From positions 58,652,001-58,716,000 of the forward strand of contig OZ241829.1 in the NCBI GenBank assembly GCA_965202585.1: a stretch of DNA of 64,000 nt. The letters are read 5' to 3'. Of the stretch, positions 52,020 to 64,000 are shown piece by piece. Each line of letters opens with the position of its first letter. The stretch's first letter is position 1. Below the pieces are notes generated by a model that saw only the letters and a list, made by a program, of their open reading frames with translations, had not been told where the DNA came from and did no database searches. This stretch comes from Thalia democratica (lineage: Eukaryota). Made by a program: the position numbers and the translations under genes.

Positions 52020-52740
52020 TTTTAAATAAAACTTTTCATAGGTGCAGGTCCTGCAGATTCTCTGCGCTTTCCTTATATGCCTGATGTGGTGTAAAATTTC
52101 CCATTAAATGTTGTAGTTAGTATTGTTGAGTTTTATCTTCCAAATATATTTGGACAGTTCGGTTCCGTTTTCATTGTAAACTTTCATATCACTACTATGG
52201 CTATATCACCTTGTTTTGAAAGTTCCTCCAGTGCTCCCTACATATTGCTTTATTTCTTTTTTTGTCGTAACCGTAGCTTTATAGATAACGTTCTTCATTA
52301 GGCATTTTTTTTAGCGGGGATAAGTTCTTGTTTCTACAATTACATAGTGGCTTTTCTGTGTCAGTTATTTCAGTTTTTTTCTATATTTTTTAAAGTTTTT
52401 TTTAATTGTGTCCTTGAATTAACATTTTTATGTTGCTCATACAACTATACGCCAACTTACAGTTGTTTTTATTTATTAACTTGTTTAGACTGTTGTTATG
52501 ATTAAAATTCTTGTTGATTAAATCAAAAAAACACTTTTCCTATATTTGTTTTTACTGATTCGCAAAATGGTGGGTAAGTGGTTTTATTTCTTTTGACTAA
52601 TAATTTAAGTGAGTGTTGCTCTATTTAAGTTTTCAGAGACATTTTAAGGATGTTTTCCTTTTTCCTTGTACTTTTTAAAGTCTTTATTGTGCTTAATAAA
52701 ACCATTCATTTATTTAAGTGCCTTAACTAAGTGTTAAGCC
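52020..52740 (-). mobile_element. Degenerate Penelope-like retroelement fragment (RT C-terminus and GIY-YIG endonuclease)
   Basis: Minus-strand translation gives PPFCESVKTNIGKVFF, then CLMKNVIYKATVTTKKEIKQYVGSTGGTFKTR*YSH...TELSKYIWKIK...*WEIL...CRTCTYEK. These are typical PLE motifs, with in-frame stops. Confidence 0.85.
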
Positions 52741-52815
52741 CGACTAATTTTCAAATAGTTTAAGAAAATTACTAAAAAAACGAAACCTTGTTCAAAACGT
52801 TTTTATGCTTTAGGT

Positions 52816-53355
52816 CAGTGGTCGGCACGGTGTACACTGGTGCACACTAGTGTACATGAAATTTCTTTTAGTGTGCACGAGACTTTTTGGGTTTGTGAAA
52901 CTTATTTTGGGGTACATGGATTTTTTTTTGCGCAGAAACTAAATTAACGTTTTTTTTGAAATCTTTTTACAGCTAAGACATATTCAACCTTGATATCTAA
53001 TTGACCATTTTGTTGTCAATAAAACGACCATTTTTGTACTCTCCTAGTTCTATTCTGTTACATTATGTAAAAATTCTAGTTAGTATTTTAGACCTGGGTG
53101 ATACAAGTAAAATATTGTTGTAAAAATTAGATCATCGATATTAAAAGTTTATTGAAATGGATAGCGTAAACTGGTAAATTTAAAGTTAGCGTGTAAAATT
53201 AACTGGGTGTTACCGAATTATTAGTAAAAAAAAACGATTAAAAGTGTTTACATATTATTAAACACTAGCGGCGCTAAAGAATGAAAATTGGGGTGCACAG
53301 AATTTTAATTTTGTGATTTAGGGTTCACGGATTCGAAGTAGCGTGCCGACCCCTG
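52816..53355. mobile_element. hAT-type MITE (540 bp)
   Basis: TIRs CAGTGGTCGGCACG / reverse complement CAGGGGTCGGCACG, perfect 8-bp TSD CTTTAGGT at 52808-52815 and 53356-53363, and subterminal GTGCAC motifs. Confidence 0.9.
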
Positions 53356-54416
53356 CTTTAGGTGATGTAACGAAATACTATCTTACTAAATATTGAAATT
53401 TCAAAAAACTAACAAATTTCCTAAAATATTTTTAAAATCCTGATATTGTTACTGTTTAAAATATTGGATTTAATAAACTTTCGTCATTTTTCTTGTTTTG
53501 AAAAGTTACCATAATGCAGTCCTTCAGGTTTTTTTCATAGTATGTAAGCTTAAAAAAAATTCAAAAGTTGTATTTCAGAAAAAATAGATAAAAAGTCTAT
53601 TATGGTGAGATATTCTAACATGTCAGTTTTTATACAAAGTGGACAAAATGATATTCCGAAAGTTTGTAAATTATTTTTATAAAATACTATTTAAAAAAGC
53701 TTTATGTGTCTTCATTTTAAATTAGTTTAATTATTTTAGGATTTACTTGGTTGCTTGTGTGCTAAAAATAGTAGTGTTTTAAAATTTTAAGTACTACTAT
53801 CATCATATTTATTTAAATAACTTTTATTAGTTACAGCTTTATAAACTTATAAAAGTTTATAAAGTGTTTTAAGACTAATAAATATATTTTAGTATTTAAT
53901 TTAATTTGCTAATACATAAATGCAAATTTATTGATTCACAAATTTAATATTTTTAAAAACAATATTTTACTCAGTTAATCAACAAGGTTATTGAAAACCT
54001 TAGTTTCAATAAACTTCTAAAAATCAAAACAAAACGTTTATTGAGATTTTATGACTTAGCTAAATTTACAAGCTATATTTCAACACATAACAAAAAGCTA
54101 ATGAAATCTGGTGAAAAAGTCTAAAGCTACTAAGATAGTGTTTAACTTTTAAAGAAATTTGTCAACAAGCTATAATAAAGGTAAGTAAAACTTGCTAAGA
54201 AATACTAAAGAAACACTGAAATAACTGAATAAATTTGTAAATTTGTTTTTTGTATTTGAGATCAGCGTTTATTTAAGTTTACAAAAAAACTTTTAAGTCT
54301 GTGGCAAATCTTATAAAATTGGTAAATTTTTTTAATAAGCATGAATTCAAACTTTTAAATACTTGCTACTAAATTATTAAATCATTTTTCTAAGTGAGAT
54401 ACTTATATTTTTAAAA

Positions 54417-54900
54417 GGGTAGCTGTCAAATTTGCACGAGCGGAAAAAATTGCACGAGGAGACAATTTTGCATGGAGACATTTTTGCACGAGCTGTATTT
54501 TTTAATTTTTTATTAATTTTAGTTTACTTTTTTTTTTACTGTCACTGTTACCCCTAACCCTTACCCTCGGTCGGTAGCTTTATTTTTAATTTATTAATTT
54601 TATAATTTTTCTAGAAATTTGAACTAGTTATTGTTTATTTTCATTATCACTGATACCCCTAATCCTTACCCTCGGTCAGTAGCTTTTTTTTATTTTTGTT
54701 TTTTTATTAATTTATTTTTTATACATTTTTTCAGTTTTTTTACATTCGTGCAAAAATGTAATTTGTGCAAAATTGACCCTTGGTACAAAATTGTCTTCGT
54801 GCAATTTTGTGCCCTCTCGTGCAAATTTGTCTTCGTGCAAAAGTATCTTCGTGCAATTTAGTAACCTCGTGCAATTTTGTCTTCGTGAAATTTTAAAGTG
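54417..54900. mobile_element. Foldback-type element with modular inverted subrepeats
   Basis: Left TTGCACGA array and right TCGTGCAA array. The centre has two copies of TCACTG..ACCCCTAA.CCTTACCCTCGGTC(G/A)GTAGC. Exact ends and TSD are unclear. Confidence 0.7.
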
Positions 54901-54904
54901 TATA

Positions 54905-54990
54905 ATACGAACCTAACCACACGACCAACAACAACAGGATCCGACTTTTTCAATTACGACTGATTTCATTCTTATTAGGACTCATCAGAA
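54905..54990 (-). ncRNA. Decayed minimal type-I hammerhead-like motif in a Penelope-type terminal repeat
   Basis: The minus strand reads CTGATGA-GTCC-TAATAA-GAAT-GAAA-TCA-GTC. The core is intact; stems II and III are mutated. Confidence 0.5.
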
Positions 54991-55063
54991 AGGCAAAGTT
55001 GCAATAAACGAGATCAAACGAGAGTAATCTATAATCTCACAATAAACTGATAATGTCAAAGAC

Positions 55064-55460
55064 CAGGGTTTTCCAAAGTTGGCCATATGGCCCCTTGAGG
55101 GTCATTACACAAGTTTAGAGGGCCGTAGGTAGCGAAGGGGCCATAGGAGGTCCGTTAGTAGTAAAGGGGCCACTTTTGGGCCTTAAGGCCACAAACAGAA
55201 ACTTACACTAGGTGCTATAGGTTTGATGATGAAAGCAAAACAAGGTCTGAATGGTAGTTATAAACTTATACTAGATGTTATTGAAAAACTAAGAAATTTA
55301 GGGGCTATAAACTGTAAAAAGTGGAACCACAAGACCATAACTTAAAACTTACACTAGATATTCTAGAGCTTATGATAAAAAGCTACACATTAATAAAAAA
55401 AGTTTTTAGGCGTATTTAACGGTAGTTTTCTAAGAAATCTTGTCGGAGGGGGTCAAAGCT
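55064..55460. mobile_element. hAT-type non-autonomous element related to 32708; right end uncertain
   Basis: CAGGGTTTTCCAAAGTTGGCCATATGGCCCC terminus, GGGGCC subrepeats and ACTTACACTAG internal repeats. Confidence 0.55.
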
Positions 55461-55550
55461 TTTTTAATTTTTTTAGTTTTTGTTTCAGTCCATATTTGCT
55501 TAAGCCAGCTTGGTTAGATCTCAACAGCGGTTTCCTTCGACTATGCCCGC

Positions 55551-55630
55551 TTGATGAGTTCTAATAAGCACGAAACCGGTCGTAATTTTTCTCAGATGCT
55601 GCTGTTGTTGTTCGTGTAGTAAGGTCAATT
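55551..55630 (+). ncRNA. Decayed minimal type-I hammerhead-like motif in a Penelope-type terminal repeat
   Basis: TTGATGA-GTTC-TAATAA-GCAC-GAAA-CCG-GTC. It keeps the palindromic CCGG stem III and the GTC cleavage triplet, with a C>T change in the CUGAUGA core. Confidence 0.5.
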
Positions 55631-58600
55631 ATTTTTTATCGATGGCGCGAAACATATCAGTTTTGTTGATGATGGCTGAAATAAATACTAGTTATTTTAA
55701 AGCAAACACTATCAAACAATTGGAAGTTTTATCGAGATTCAATATATATATGTTTGGATAAAACATATTTTATAATAAAAAATTAAACAACGACTAATAA
55801 AAACCAATAGTGAAAAGGTTAAATCTGCATTGGATAAAGCTTAAAAAAAAAGAACATAGTATGTCAAATAGAGTCAGAAGATTAATAAAAAAAAATTATT
55901 TAATTTTTAATTCTTTTTTTATTTTTTGTAAAAACATACAACTTAGATTTCTAAAAAAGCTGTAAAACTAGTATTGCTAACCAAAGAGGTTTATTTAATT
56001 AGCTGTACGAAATATTACAAGAAAATTTTTACCAAAAATCAAAATAATTCAAACAGTTTACGATAAAAAAGGGTTATTACAAGTATTTCGTTTAAACAGC
56101 CTATTATAACGTTAAAAGCATTTTTAATATGCTTTAACTTAGATTCCTAAATGAAGAGTCGAAATTTCAAATTGTGAAATGGAGATACAAAGTATAAAAA
56201 ATAATAAAAGTTGGTTTACATTTGGTAAAAAACTAAATTAAAGTCCTTAGTAAGCAAAAAAAACTTTTTGGTGCTAGTTAAAAAAAAACTGTTCAAGGAA
56301 CTTTATAGAACATAAATAAATTAATCAAGTTTACTTACTAATTAAGGCCAGGAAGTCTTGCGACTAATTCTACTGTACATACTTAAAAGATACTAGTGAA
56401 TAGTGATAGTTTTGTTTGTGTATTAAAAAGGTATAAAGATTAAGTTGGTCCTGGACACGACGTTAAAAGGTATCCGTGGTGTGCAACTTGATTACCGAAA
56501 GGTTTTTTCGTCCACCAGGTCCTAGGACAAATGACTTGAGCGTCTTTTTTTGTTGTTCAAAAAAGTGTATAACGTAACTATAGCTTATTCAAGTTAAAAA
56601 TCAACAACATTTTATAACCAGTTAGTTTTACACTTGGGTTTATAAATATATTGCGCAAACAGTTAGTTTAACGTTGAATTATACAAGTTTAAATTGATCT
56701 TTATTGTAATTTTCTCCTCAAATACAAATTTGAAATTTTGACTTTTACTTTAAAAAAAAAACTAAGTTTTTAAAACTTCATAAATGTTCAAAAACCTATA
56801 AAATTTTAGCTTAATTAAATTTTTGTAAATACTGTTGATTTTTTTTATTCAGGAAGTAAAGATTAACAGCTAGCACAAAGTGATAATCTAAAAAGAATCG
56901 TAAACTTTAAGTTATTTAAAAAATGCTTTTGTATGTTTACGAATTGCATTATCAAGACATAAAATAAATAATGTACATAAACTAAGACGAACTTAGAAAC
57001 TTTAACATCTTACAATAATAATATATTTATTATAAATACATTTTTTGCTGTGCTTAAATTTACATAAACAGCTTTTATTAAAAAGAGGCACTTCTTTGCA
57101 CTATAAATTAGCCACCAAAATATAAACAAAATCTATTTCGTTTTATCGACCATAGAATGTTATTTAAAATTGAGATAGTTTAATGGTTTCACTAAAAATA
57201 ATGATATGTTTAGCTTTTAAGGTATTAATTTTAAAATGGTTCTAAAAATATGCAGAAATTTTATTACTTCAGTTTATCAGAAATTTATCAGTTTTAAAAA
57301 TTTTGTACTGTGTTAACTTCACGACAATAACTCTAAAACAAGGCAAAATTCAAGAAATCAGTCTTGAGTCTTGACCTAACAGCTTTATCACTTAAAAGTT
57401 TCTTTATTCTTTGTTTTGTTCTTTAAGTATATTTTATACAGAATTTAATAACAAACTGTTATAGTTAAATTAATTTATGTCATACTTTGAGTTAGGGTTC
57501 GTTAAATTGGTGATAGCCCGTATAAAAAATCGGACATTTTGGCTTTTTTTTAAGCAACCAAAGTTGAGAAAATATCTAATCTAATTATATACAAATATTT
57601 TATAAAAAAAGTTATGTTACTAAAACAGAGAAACCACAAGTAGTTCTATAAATGTTTCAAAATTTTAGTGATTAAAACCAGCGTTTTTTGTTATAAAAAA
57701 TGTGAAACAAAAAAAAATCTTAAATATTCAGTAAAGTTGTGTTTTTTTAAACAAAGTTTTTTTTGATCAAGTAAGAATAAAATCTTAGTTAAAGACAAAA
57801 ACTCGAAAAACTAAAAACAGCCAAAATCTAATAAAAAAACATTTAAAAACCCGAAAATTTAGCAGTTAATTTTGTACAATGAAAATTGTTATAATAATAT
57901 TTAAGTATATTTAGTTTTTGAATGACATTAATTTGAAAAAAAAATTGTTCAATTTTTGTCTACAGACTACAGTGTATAACAAATAAACAAAAACTTCAAA
58001 AGTTAATAACTTAACTATAAATTAAATTCTGTATAAAACATACTTAAAAATCAACGAATAATTTTTTTTATGTGTTTAAGTTGTTAAGTCAAGAAAAGTT
58101 CACAAGTTTCCTTTTATTTTTGATTGATTATTATATTCACTTCAGGGTTGTACTCAAAATATAAAGTAAAAAATCCCCCAAAATTGTTACAAATAAGGAT
58201 ATGAATTTATCACACACTAGAGTGTTAAACAACTAAAACTTTCAAACCAAAAAGCCAAACAAAAACCTGGGAAGTTTTTGTTATATCTAAGCATAACACT
58301 ATGTTTTTATCAATTTTTTTTTTACAAAATTAGATAAAGAAAAGTTTTTTTTTTTCAATTAATGAGCCATTATTCAAGTATTTTTTTTTACTTTATTTTA
58401 CTAAAAATAAGTAAATGGTTTGGTAAAGACTTTTAAATAACTGAGCTACACTTTATCAATTTTTTGAGCACTCTTTTGAGCTCTATTATTTTTACTATAA
58501 TTAAAATAAATTAAATTTAAGTATAACATAAAAAATACCGTTTAAAAGATATATGTAAACAAAAAAAAAGTTATAAAAATAAATTCATTAAGTGGTCAAA

Positions 58601-59089
58601 ACACATACTGTCTTGATTTTTTCTAAAGCACATTAGCTGAACAACCTGAGATTGACCAGTTAGACCATTTTATGTGGGAAAACCTTGAATTTAAATTTTT
58701 TGGCAGACAAAGCTTAAAAATTATGTTTGTACTTTTAGGTATAAAACTATAATCTTAAACAACTTTTACTTTTAAAATGATTAAATATAGACAATACAAT
58801 AAATACTATTTGTGTGTACTACTAGAGTTGTTTAGAAAAGTTTTTTAAAAATTGTAGATTTAAGTATACCTTTACTTATTCTGGTTTTGATTTTGTGTTA
58901 AGTTAAGATTTTAAAAGTTAATCTATGGGACTATTTTTATTACTTATTTCCTTTATTATACCTTTTAAACAGTCAAATATTGAAAATAATGAGTTATTTG
59001 AGTTTATATTCATATCTTTAATGTTTTAAACAATACTATTAATTGAAAATTTTGTGATTAGTTTTGGTAAAATTGAGTTTTAGTTATTA

Positions 59090-59467
59090 CATGGTGGCCA
59101 CTAAACCTTGAATTCTGAAAAAACCTGGAATTTTACAATTTCTGCCAAAAAACCTGGAATTTTGAACAAAACTCACTAAAAAGCCTAAGACTTACAAATT
59201 TTACATGCTAAGTAGTAAAATTTTGATTTGATGCAAAAAATCTATCATTTAGGTAAAAAAAACTTTGTCATCATCAAACTTTTTTTTATTAAAAAACATA
59301 TTTCAAGTAGCTTTACAGTATCTTTTTGATGCTGTTATGCAACTTAACACAGTTTTTAACCTTCAGCTTAACTTTAAACTTAAAATAAACTAAAAATGTA
59401 TTCTTTTAAAAACCTGAGAAATTTAGAAAACCTGGAAGAAATTTCTCAAAAACTAGTGGCCTCCCTG
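59090..59467. mobile_element. MITE with CAGGGTGGCCAC-type ends
   Basis: Left CATGGTGGCCACTA, right reverse complement CAGGGAGGCCACTA, and internal AAAACCTGGAA repeats. TTATTA lies on both sides but is weak evidence in AT-rich DNA. Confidence 0.7.
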
Positions 59468-60085
59468 TTATTATATTAGTCTTATTTTAAGCTGCAGTGT
59501 TTAAGCCTTATAAAAATAAAATGTTTGATAAAAGTTCATATGAGTATGAGTTTAGTACTCTTTCAGTTTTAAGTACAATAAAAGTGATTAACTAATGCTC
59601 CTCATAAGTTTAGGACACCATATTTTCTAAAATATATACTTTGACCCCTAAATGTGTTAAAAAAGGAGGATCAGCAAAGCTAATCAAGTAAAAAAAAGTC
59701 AAAAATTTTAAATGACATTAATCCTCAAGACACTTTAGTTAGATCATCATTGCTTAAATGACATTAAAAAAACACACATGTTACCAGATGCCCTGCTAAT
59801 GCTTAAATGTTAAGAAAAAAACTGAAAATTTCCTGTAAACATATTGATAAAGAACAAAATAGTGTGTGCACATAAATTATTAATAACCATTTTGAAACAC
59901 TATTTGAATTATTTGCTGACAATATAACAATAAAGGTTGCTATTCACTTATACTATCTAAGGCTATTTTGAAATTTTTGAAAACTCAGGCTAATTTTATT
60001 ATTTTTGAAATACTTAGTTTTGTTTAAACTTAAAAGTTGTTAAAATTATTTAGCTGTTATTTTATGATAGCTGGTGCTCTACCAA

Positions 60086-61309
60086 CAGGGTTGCCACTCA
60101 CTCAGAATTCATTAGGATTTTTTTCCTTGTTATTTTGAAAACTCTGGCTTACATAAGCTTGTTTGAGGATTTTTGTAAAACTAATGCTGTTTTGGAATTT
60201 CAAGGTAGTTTTAATGACTGTATAATCAGCTGTATTTTACATATAAATATAACTATTACTACAGGGTTGCCACTTACTAAGGCTAACTTAGGCTTGTTTT
60301 AGCTTTTAAATTGGTATTTTGTTAATCTCAGTCTCATTTAGTTTTCACAAAGTTTTTAGTAGTTATTTTATTTTTATAAGCTTATAAGATAATGTTTAGA
60401 CATGTGTAACATTATAGTTGACAACAGAATTGAAGTTTGATCAATAAAAAAAGTGTTACATGTTACACATTTAGACATTTTACACATTACAGTTGTACAT
60501 TATTTAGACTTCAAGTATATATTTTGTTTCAATTTTCTTTAAAGATTTCTTTTAAAATCAAGATTTATTATTATTTATATTAGTTGTATATGGTATTAAA
60601 ACTTGATTAAAAGTGAAAATTTTCAGTTTTTGGCCCTTATCTTCTCATTGACTCAAGATGAATTATGCTTGTTTGATGTAATTTAGGCTAGCTTTTGGTC
60701 ACTCAGACTGACTTTTTGCTTACTAAAAGTTGCAAATCTGTTATTTTTATAAATTTTTAAGTACTTTAGATTGATTAACAGTAAAGTTATTAGGCTTTTG
60801 ACTATCACTTAATTCTGGTAGTTTTATAAAATTGATATCTTTTATTGGATGAAGATTTTTTTGAGTGTTGGAATTTCAACTTATAATGTTAAACATAGAA
60901 CAAACTGTTTTGATAAAAAAGTTATTATTTATAGGGTTGCCACAAACTCAGGTTACTTGGGATAAGTCAGACAATTATCAAATTTATTTAAAAAAATAGG
61001 CCACCTCAGGCTAGTTTAAACCTTTTTTGAAAACTCAAGCTAAATGAAACTAGTTAAAACTTAATAACTCTAGCTGACGCAAGCTATCTTTTCTAGCTAG
61101 GTTGTTTTTCTTGAATTTTAGGCACATTTCTTATGACTTTAGAATGTTTTATTCTTAAAAAATAAATATTTTAGGTAATAAACCTTGATTAACAGTGTTT
61201 TTTTTTGATATTTTGCTCCATTCTACTTTTTAATTTTTTTTTTGTTAAATTGCTTTACTTTGTGGTCAATCAGGCTAACTTTTTTTTGTTTTAAGCAGTG
61301 GCGACCCTC
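60086..61309. mobile_element. Cluster of decayed AGGGTTGCCAC-ended MITEs
   Basis: AGGGTTGCCAC termini near 60086, 60262 and 60932, an inverse end GTGGCGACCCT near 61298-61308, and CTCAGGCTAA-like internal motifs. Confidence 0.55.
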
Positions 61310-62084
61310 TTTGTGTTGTTTGATATAATAAATTGTATATTTACTTACATTTTTCTTCAATCAATGTATATAGTTGTTATTTATATATTTTTAAACACTA
61401 AGTAATAAATAATATACGGATAAAGATATATATCAACTGGATAAGGATAAAGAATATGCGTATCTAGTCTCAAATCAGCATGTACACTTTTAAAATAAAT
61501 AATGATTTGTATTTTAAAAGTAGTTATGCTTTTATGCATGAATGTTTTATAATGTTTAGCAAACATATAACGTTAAAGCTTATATTTTAAGTCATGCTCA
61601 TAGGTAATCAAATTAAACTTAGCAATATAAAAGTCTAATGAAAAAGTACATAAAAAATTTAAAAGTGTTTTAATGAACTCTAGTTAATTTTTTACTGCTT
61701 TATAAAATAACATACCTGTTTGATTTTTTCAATATTGAGATAGATGTAAAAGAAACATTGAGAATCAAAAAGTATATTTTTTATTAATAGAGATTTGTTA
61801 ATTTTTCTTTTTATAGTTTAAACAGTTATATTTATAAACACAATGTAGATTAAGTAAAATCAGCTGGTATTATTATTCACAAAGTAAATTTTCTTTAAAA
61901 TTCAGTAACTATAAATAAATTGAAACATCTAAAAAATTACATTCTTATACGTTTTAAGTAGTTTTAAGTATTTAAGCTGTCAGTAAGTATTTAGCTAAGT
62001 TTAAAAGTTTTTAATTCATTTTTTAAATTAGTATTTGTACTTATGGTTTAAGTAAAGTTTTTGAAATTATTAAATTATTTCTTA

Positions 62085-62107
62085 TTTGTTTCTTTTTTTT
62101 TTTGCAG
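62085..62107 (+). promoter_or_regulatory. Strong 3' splice acceptor 20 nt upstream of the ZCCHC4 ATG (5'UTR intron or SL trans-splice site)
   Basis: Long T tract followed by GCAG, with AG at 62106-62107. Confidence 0.45.
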
Positions 62108-62127
62108 GATTAATTTTTTTTACAAAA

Positions 62128-63438
62128 ATGAAACAAAAAAAATTGCAGTATCAGCACAAATGTAAAAATATAGAAGTTGTTTTTAATAAAGACTGGTTTG
62201 AAGAGTCACCAAAGTGCCCACACGGACCAATGTTACTATTTGAAGAACTTGTTGTATCATCTAAGGGGATAAATAATACAAAAAGATATTATGCTTGTGC
62301 TGCTTCTAGAGACAGGAAGTTTTGTCCTTGCTATATCAAGGAAGCAGACTTTAAAAAAAATCAAAAAGTTTTTAAGCAAGACTTATGTAATCCTTGCTTG
62401 CCTTCTTATTTGGATGTACATAGTCTGAATGAAAAGTATTTTTGTTATAAAAGTCAAAAGTTTATTTTAAATTTTAATGCTATAACTTATCCTAATAACA
62501 GTCATATTAAAAAATTAAATGAGACTGAAATGCTAAACCCATCTAAAACATTTATTAAAGCTTCACAAGATAATAAGTTTAAAGCACAGTTTTTTCTGAA
62601 AAATAAGTGTCTTGAATTTTTATTAAATGAAATACAAAGACTTGGATATTCTCATGTACTATGTATGGGTATGCCAAGACTACATGAAGCTATCCAAACT
62701 TTAAAAAATCCGAGCCTGATAGATAGTTATTTCCTTGACATTGATGATAGATACTCAATGTTTTGGAGTTCCAACAAGTTTTCAAAGTTTAACATGTTTA
62801 ATCATTATTTTTTTAATGAAACAGACAAGCCAATGTTACAAAAATTTATAAAAAGCTCTAAACAACTTTTACTTGTAACAGATCCTCCTTTCGGTGGACT
62901 TGTTGAGTGTCTAAAAAATACATTTAGCTGGTTTAATGATATAAATAAATGTCAAACCATGCTGATATTTCCGTATTTTAACCATTCTAAAATTAAGGAA
63001 GTTCTTCCAGATTTTAACATGTGTGATTATGTTATAGAATATGACAATCACAAAAAGTACAAAGAAAAATCATCGCCTGTCAGAATTTTTACTAGTATTG
63101 ATCTAAAACTGATTAAGTTACCATTAGGTGAAGGATATAAGTTTTGTAAATATTGTGAAAAATATGTATTAAAAGAAAACTTGCATTGTAGTATTTGCAA
63201 TACATGCCCTTCTTTAAATGGGAAAACATATGTTCACTGTTTTAAGTGTGAGAAATGTGTTAAGCCTGGATTGAAGCATTGTAATAGTTGCAATCGTTGT
63301 CAGCCAGTAAAAGGACATCAATGTAGAGGAATAATTAAAAACAAATGCCATATATGTGGGAGTGAAAACCACAAAAGGAGAAATTGTCCTGAACGACACA
63401 ATATACCTCCAGTAAAAAAGATAAAACTTGATAATTAG
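62128..63438 (+). CDS. ZCCHC4: rRNA N6-adenosine methyltransferase ZCCHC4, single coding exon (436 aa from ATG 62128)
   Basis: N-terminal zinc finger PKCPHGPMLLF...YYACAASRD..C, CMGMPRLHE, methyltransferase motif LLVTDPPFGG, IFPYF and SPVRIFT, a Cys/His-rich region, and a terminal zinc knuckle CHICGSENHKRRNC. The ORF-track start at 62086 is a TTG inside the polypyrimidine tract. Confidence 0.93.
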   Translation: MKQKKLQYQHKCKNIEVVFNKDWFEESPKCPHGPMLLFEELVVSSKGINNTKRYYACAASRDRKFCPCYIKEADFKKNQKVFKQDLCNPCLPSYLDVHSLNEKYFCYKSQKFILNFNAITYPNNSHIKKLNETEMLNPSKTFIKASQDNKFKAQFFLKNKCLEFLLNEIQRLGYSHVLCMGMPRLHEAIQTLKNPSLIDSYFLDIDDRYSMFWSSNKFSKFNMFNHYFFNETDKPMLQKFIKSSKQLLLVTDPPFGGLVECLKNTFSWFNDINKCQTMLIFPYFNHSKIKEVLPDFNMCDYVIEYDNHKKYKEKSSPVRIFTSIDLKLIKLPLGEGYKFCKYCEKYVLKENLHCSICNTCPSLNGKTYVHCFKCEKCVKPGLKHCNSCNRCQPVKGHQCRGIIKNKCHICGSENHKRRNCPERHNIPPVKKIKLDN

Positions 63439-64000
63439 TTTCTTGTTATAATTTTTTAAGTTATAAATATGATTTTTTTTTTGCAAGTAAGTAAAAAATT
63501 TTTATAATAATTTTGAGCTATAACTAAAAACTTTTTTATAAATAGCTTTTTTTGTACAATCTCAAAATAAAACTTAAATAAATTGTAAAAAACACAATTT
63601 TTTATGTATTCATAATTACTAAGCCACAACTAGGAATCTTTTAATCAGTCCCCTAATAAAATTTTATAAAAAACTTAAGAGTTATAAAGTATTTTGAATG
63701 TGATGCTTTTTTATGAATATGTGTCTCTAATATTTATTTTAATTGTGTATATACTTAAATTAAAAAAAAAATGTGGTATTTATAAAACGAAAACTTCTGT
63801 ATAAAATATACTTAATTTAGTGCTCATAAGCTTGTTGTATCAAGATATAAAGCATATTGTTAATGTTCAAATAAAAAATGAAAAAAAAGTTAATTTCTGA
63901 AATATTAGATTTAAGTGAATCAAAAGTTAATGAGATTCTAGAAAAAAATAAAAATATTTCACTTTTTTTTTACAAAATATCAAGTTTATTTATTTTAAGA

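Noticed and set aside
54541-54690. CCCTAA motifs as an interstitial telomere
   Set aside because: There are only one or two units, embedded in a foldback element.
59560-59900. Coding-like remnant (LTPKCVKKGGSAKLIK...)
   Set aside because: It needs several stops and frameshifts to read through, and no family was recognised.
61381-63486. Minus-strand ORFs 61381-61566 and 63214-63486
   Set aside because: The first is a low-complexity AT-rich ORF and the second is antisense to ZCCHC4.

Overview
Very AT-rich eukaryotic (animal) DNA with many short GT-AG introns and a dense load of DNA-transposon and Penelope remnants. The composition and repeat types best fit a Hydra-like hydrozoan, which is an inference. 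I spliced four protein-coding genes by hand: (1) a centrobin (CNTROB) orthologue, minus strand, about 2721-17514, 20+ exons; (2) an unidentified 14-exon, 675-aa coiled-coil gene, minus, 23968-34562; (3) a predicted type-I membrane protein with two divergent CUB-like domains, plus, 40345-48015; (4) an intronless ZCCHC4 (28S rRNA m6A methyltransferase), plus, 62128-63438. The most unusual structure is a 3.4-kb inverted duplication of a defective hAT (Buster/Charlie-type) element inside a centrobin intron. Its 8-bp target-site duplications only match if the 539-bp spacer between the arms has been flipped. Also notable are two divergently oriented, decayed Penelope-type minimal hammerhead ribozyme motifs at about 54.96 and 55.55 kb. 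I found no rRNA, tRNA or CRISPR arrays. All exon structures and homologies come from manual reading and recalled family motifs, not database searches.
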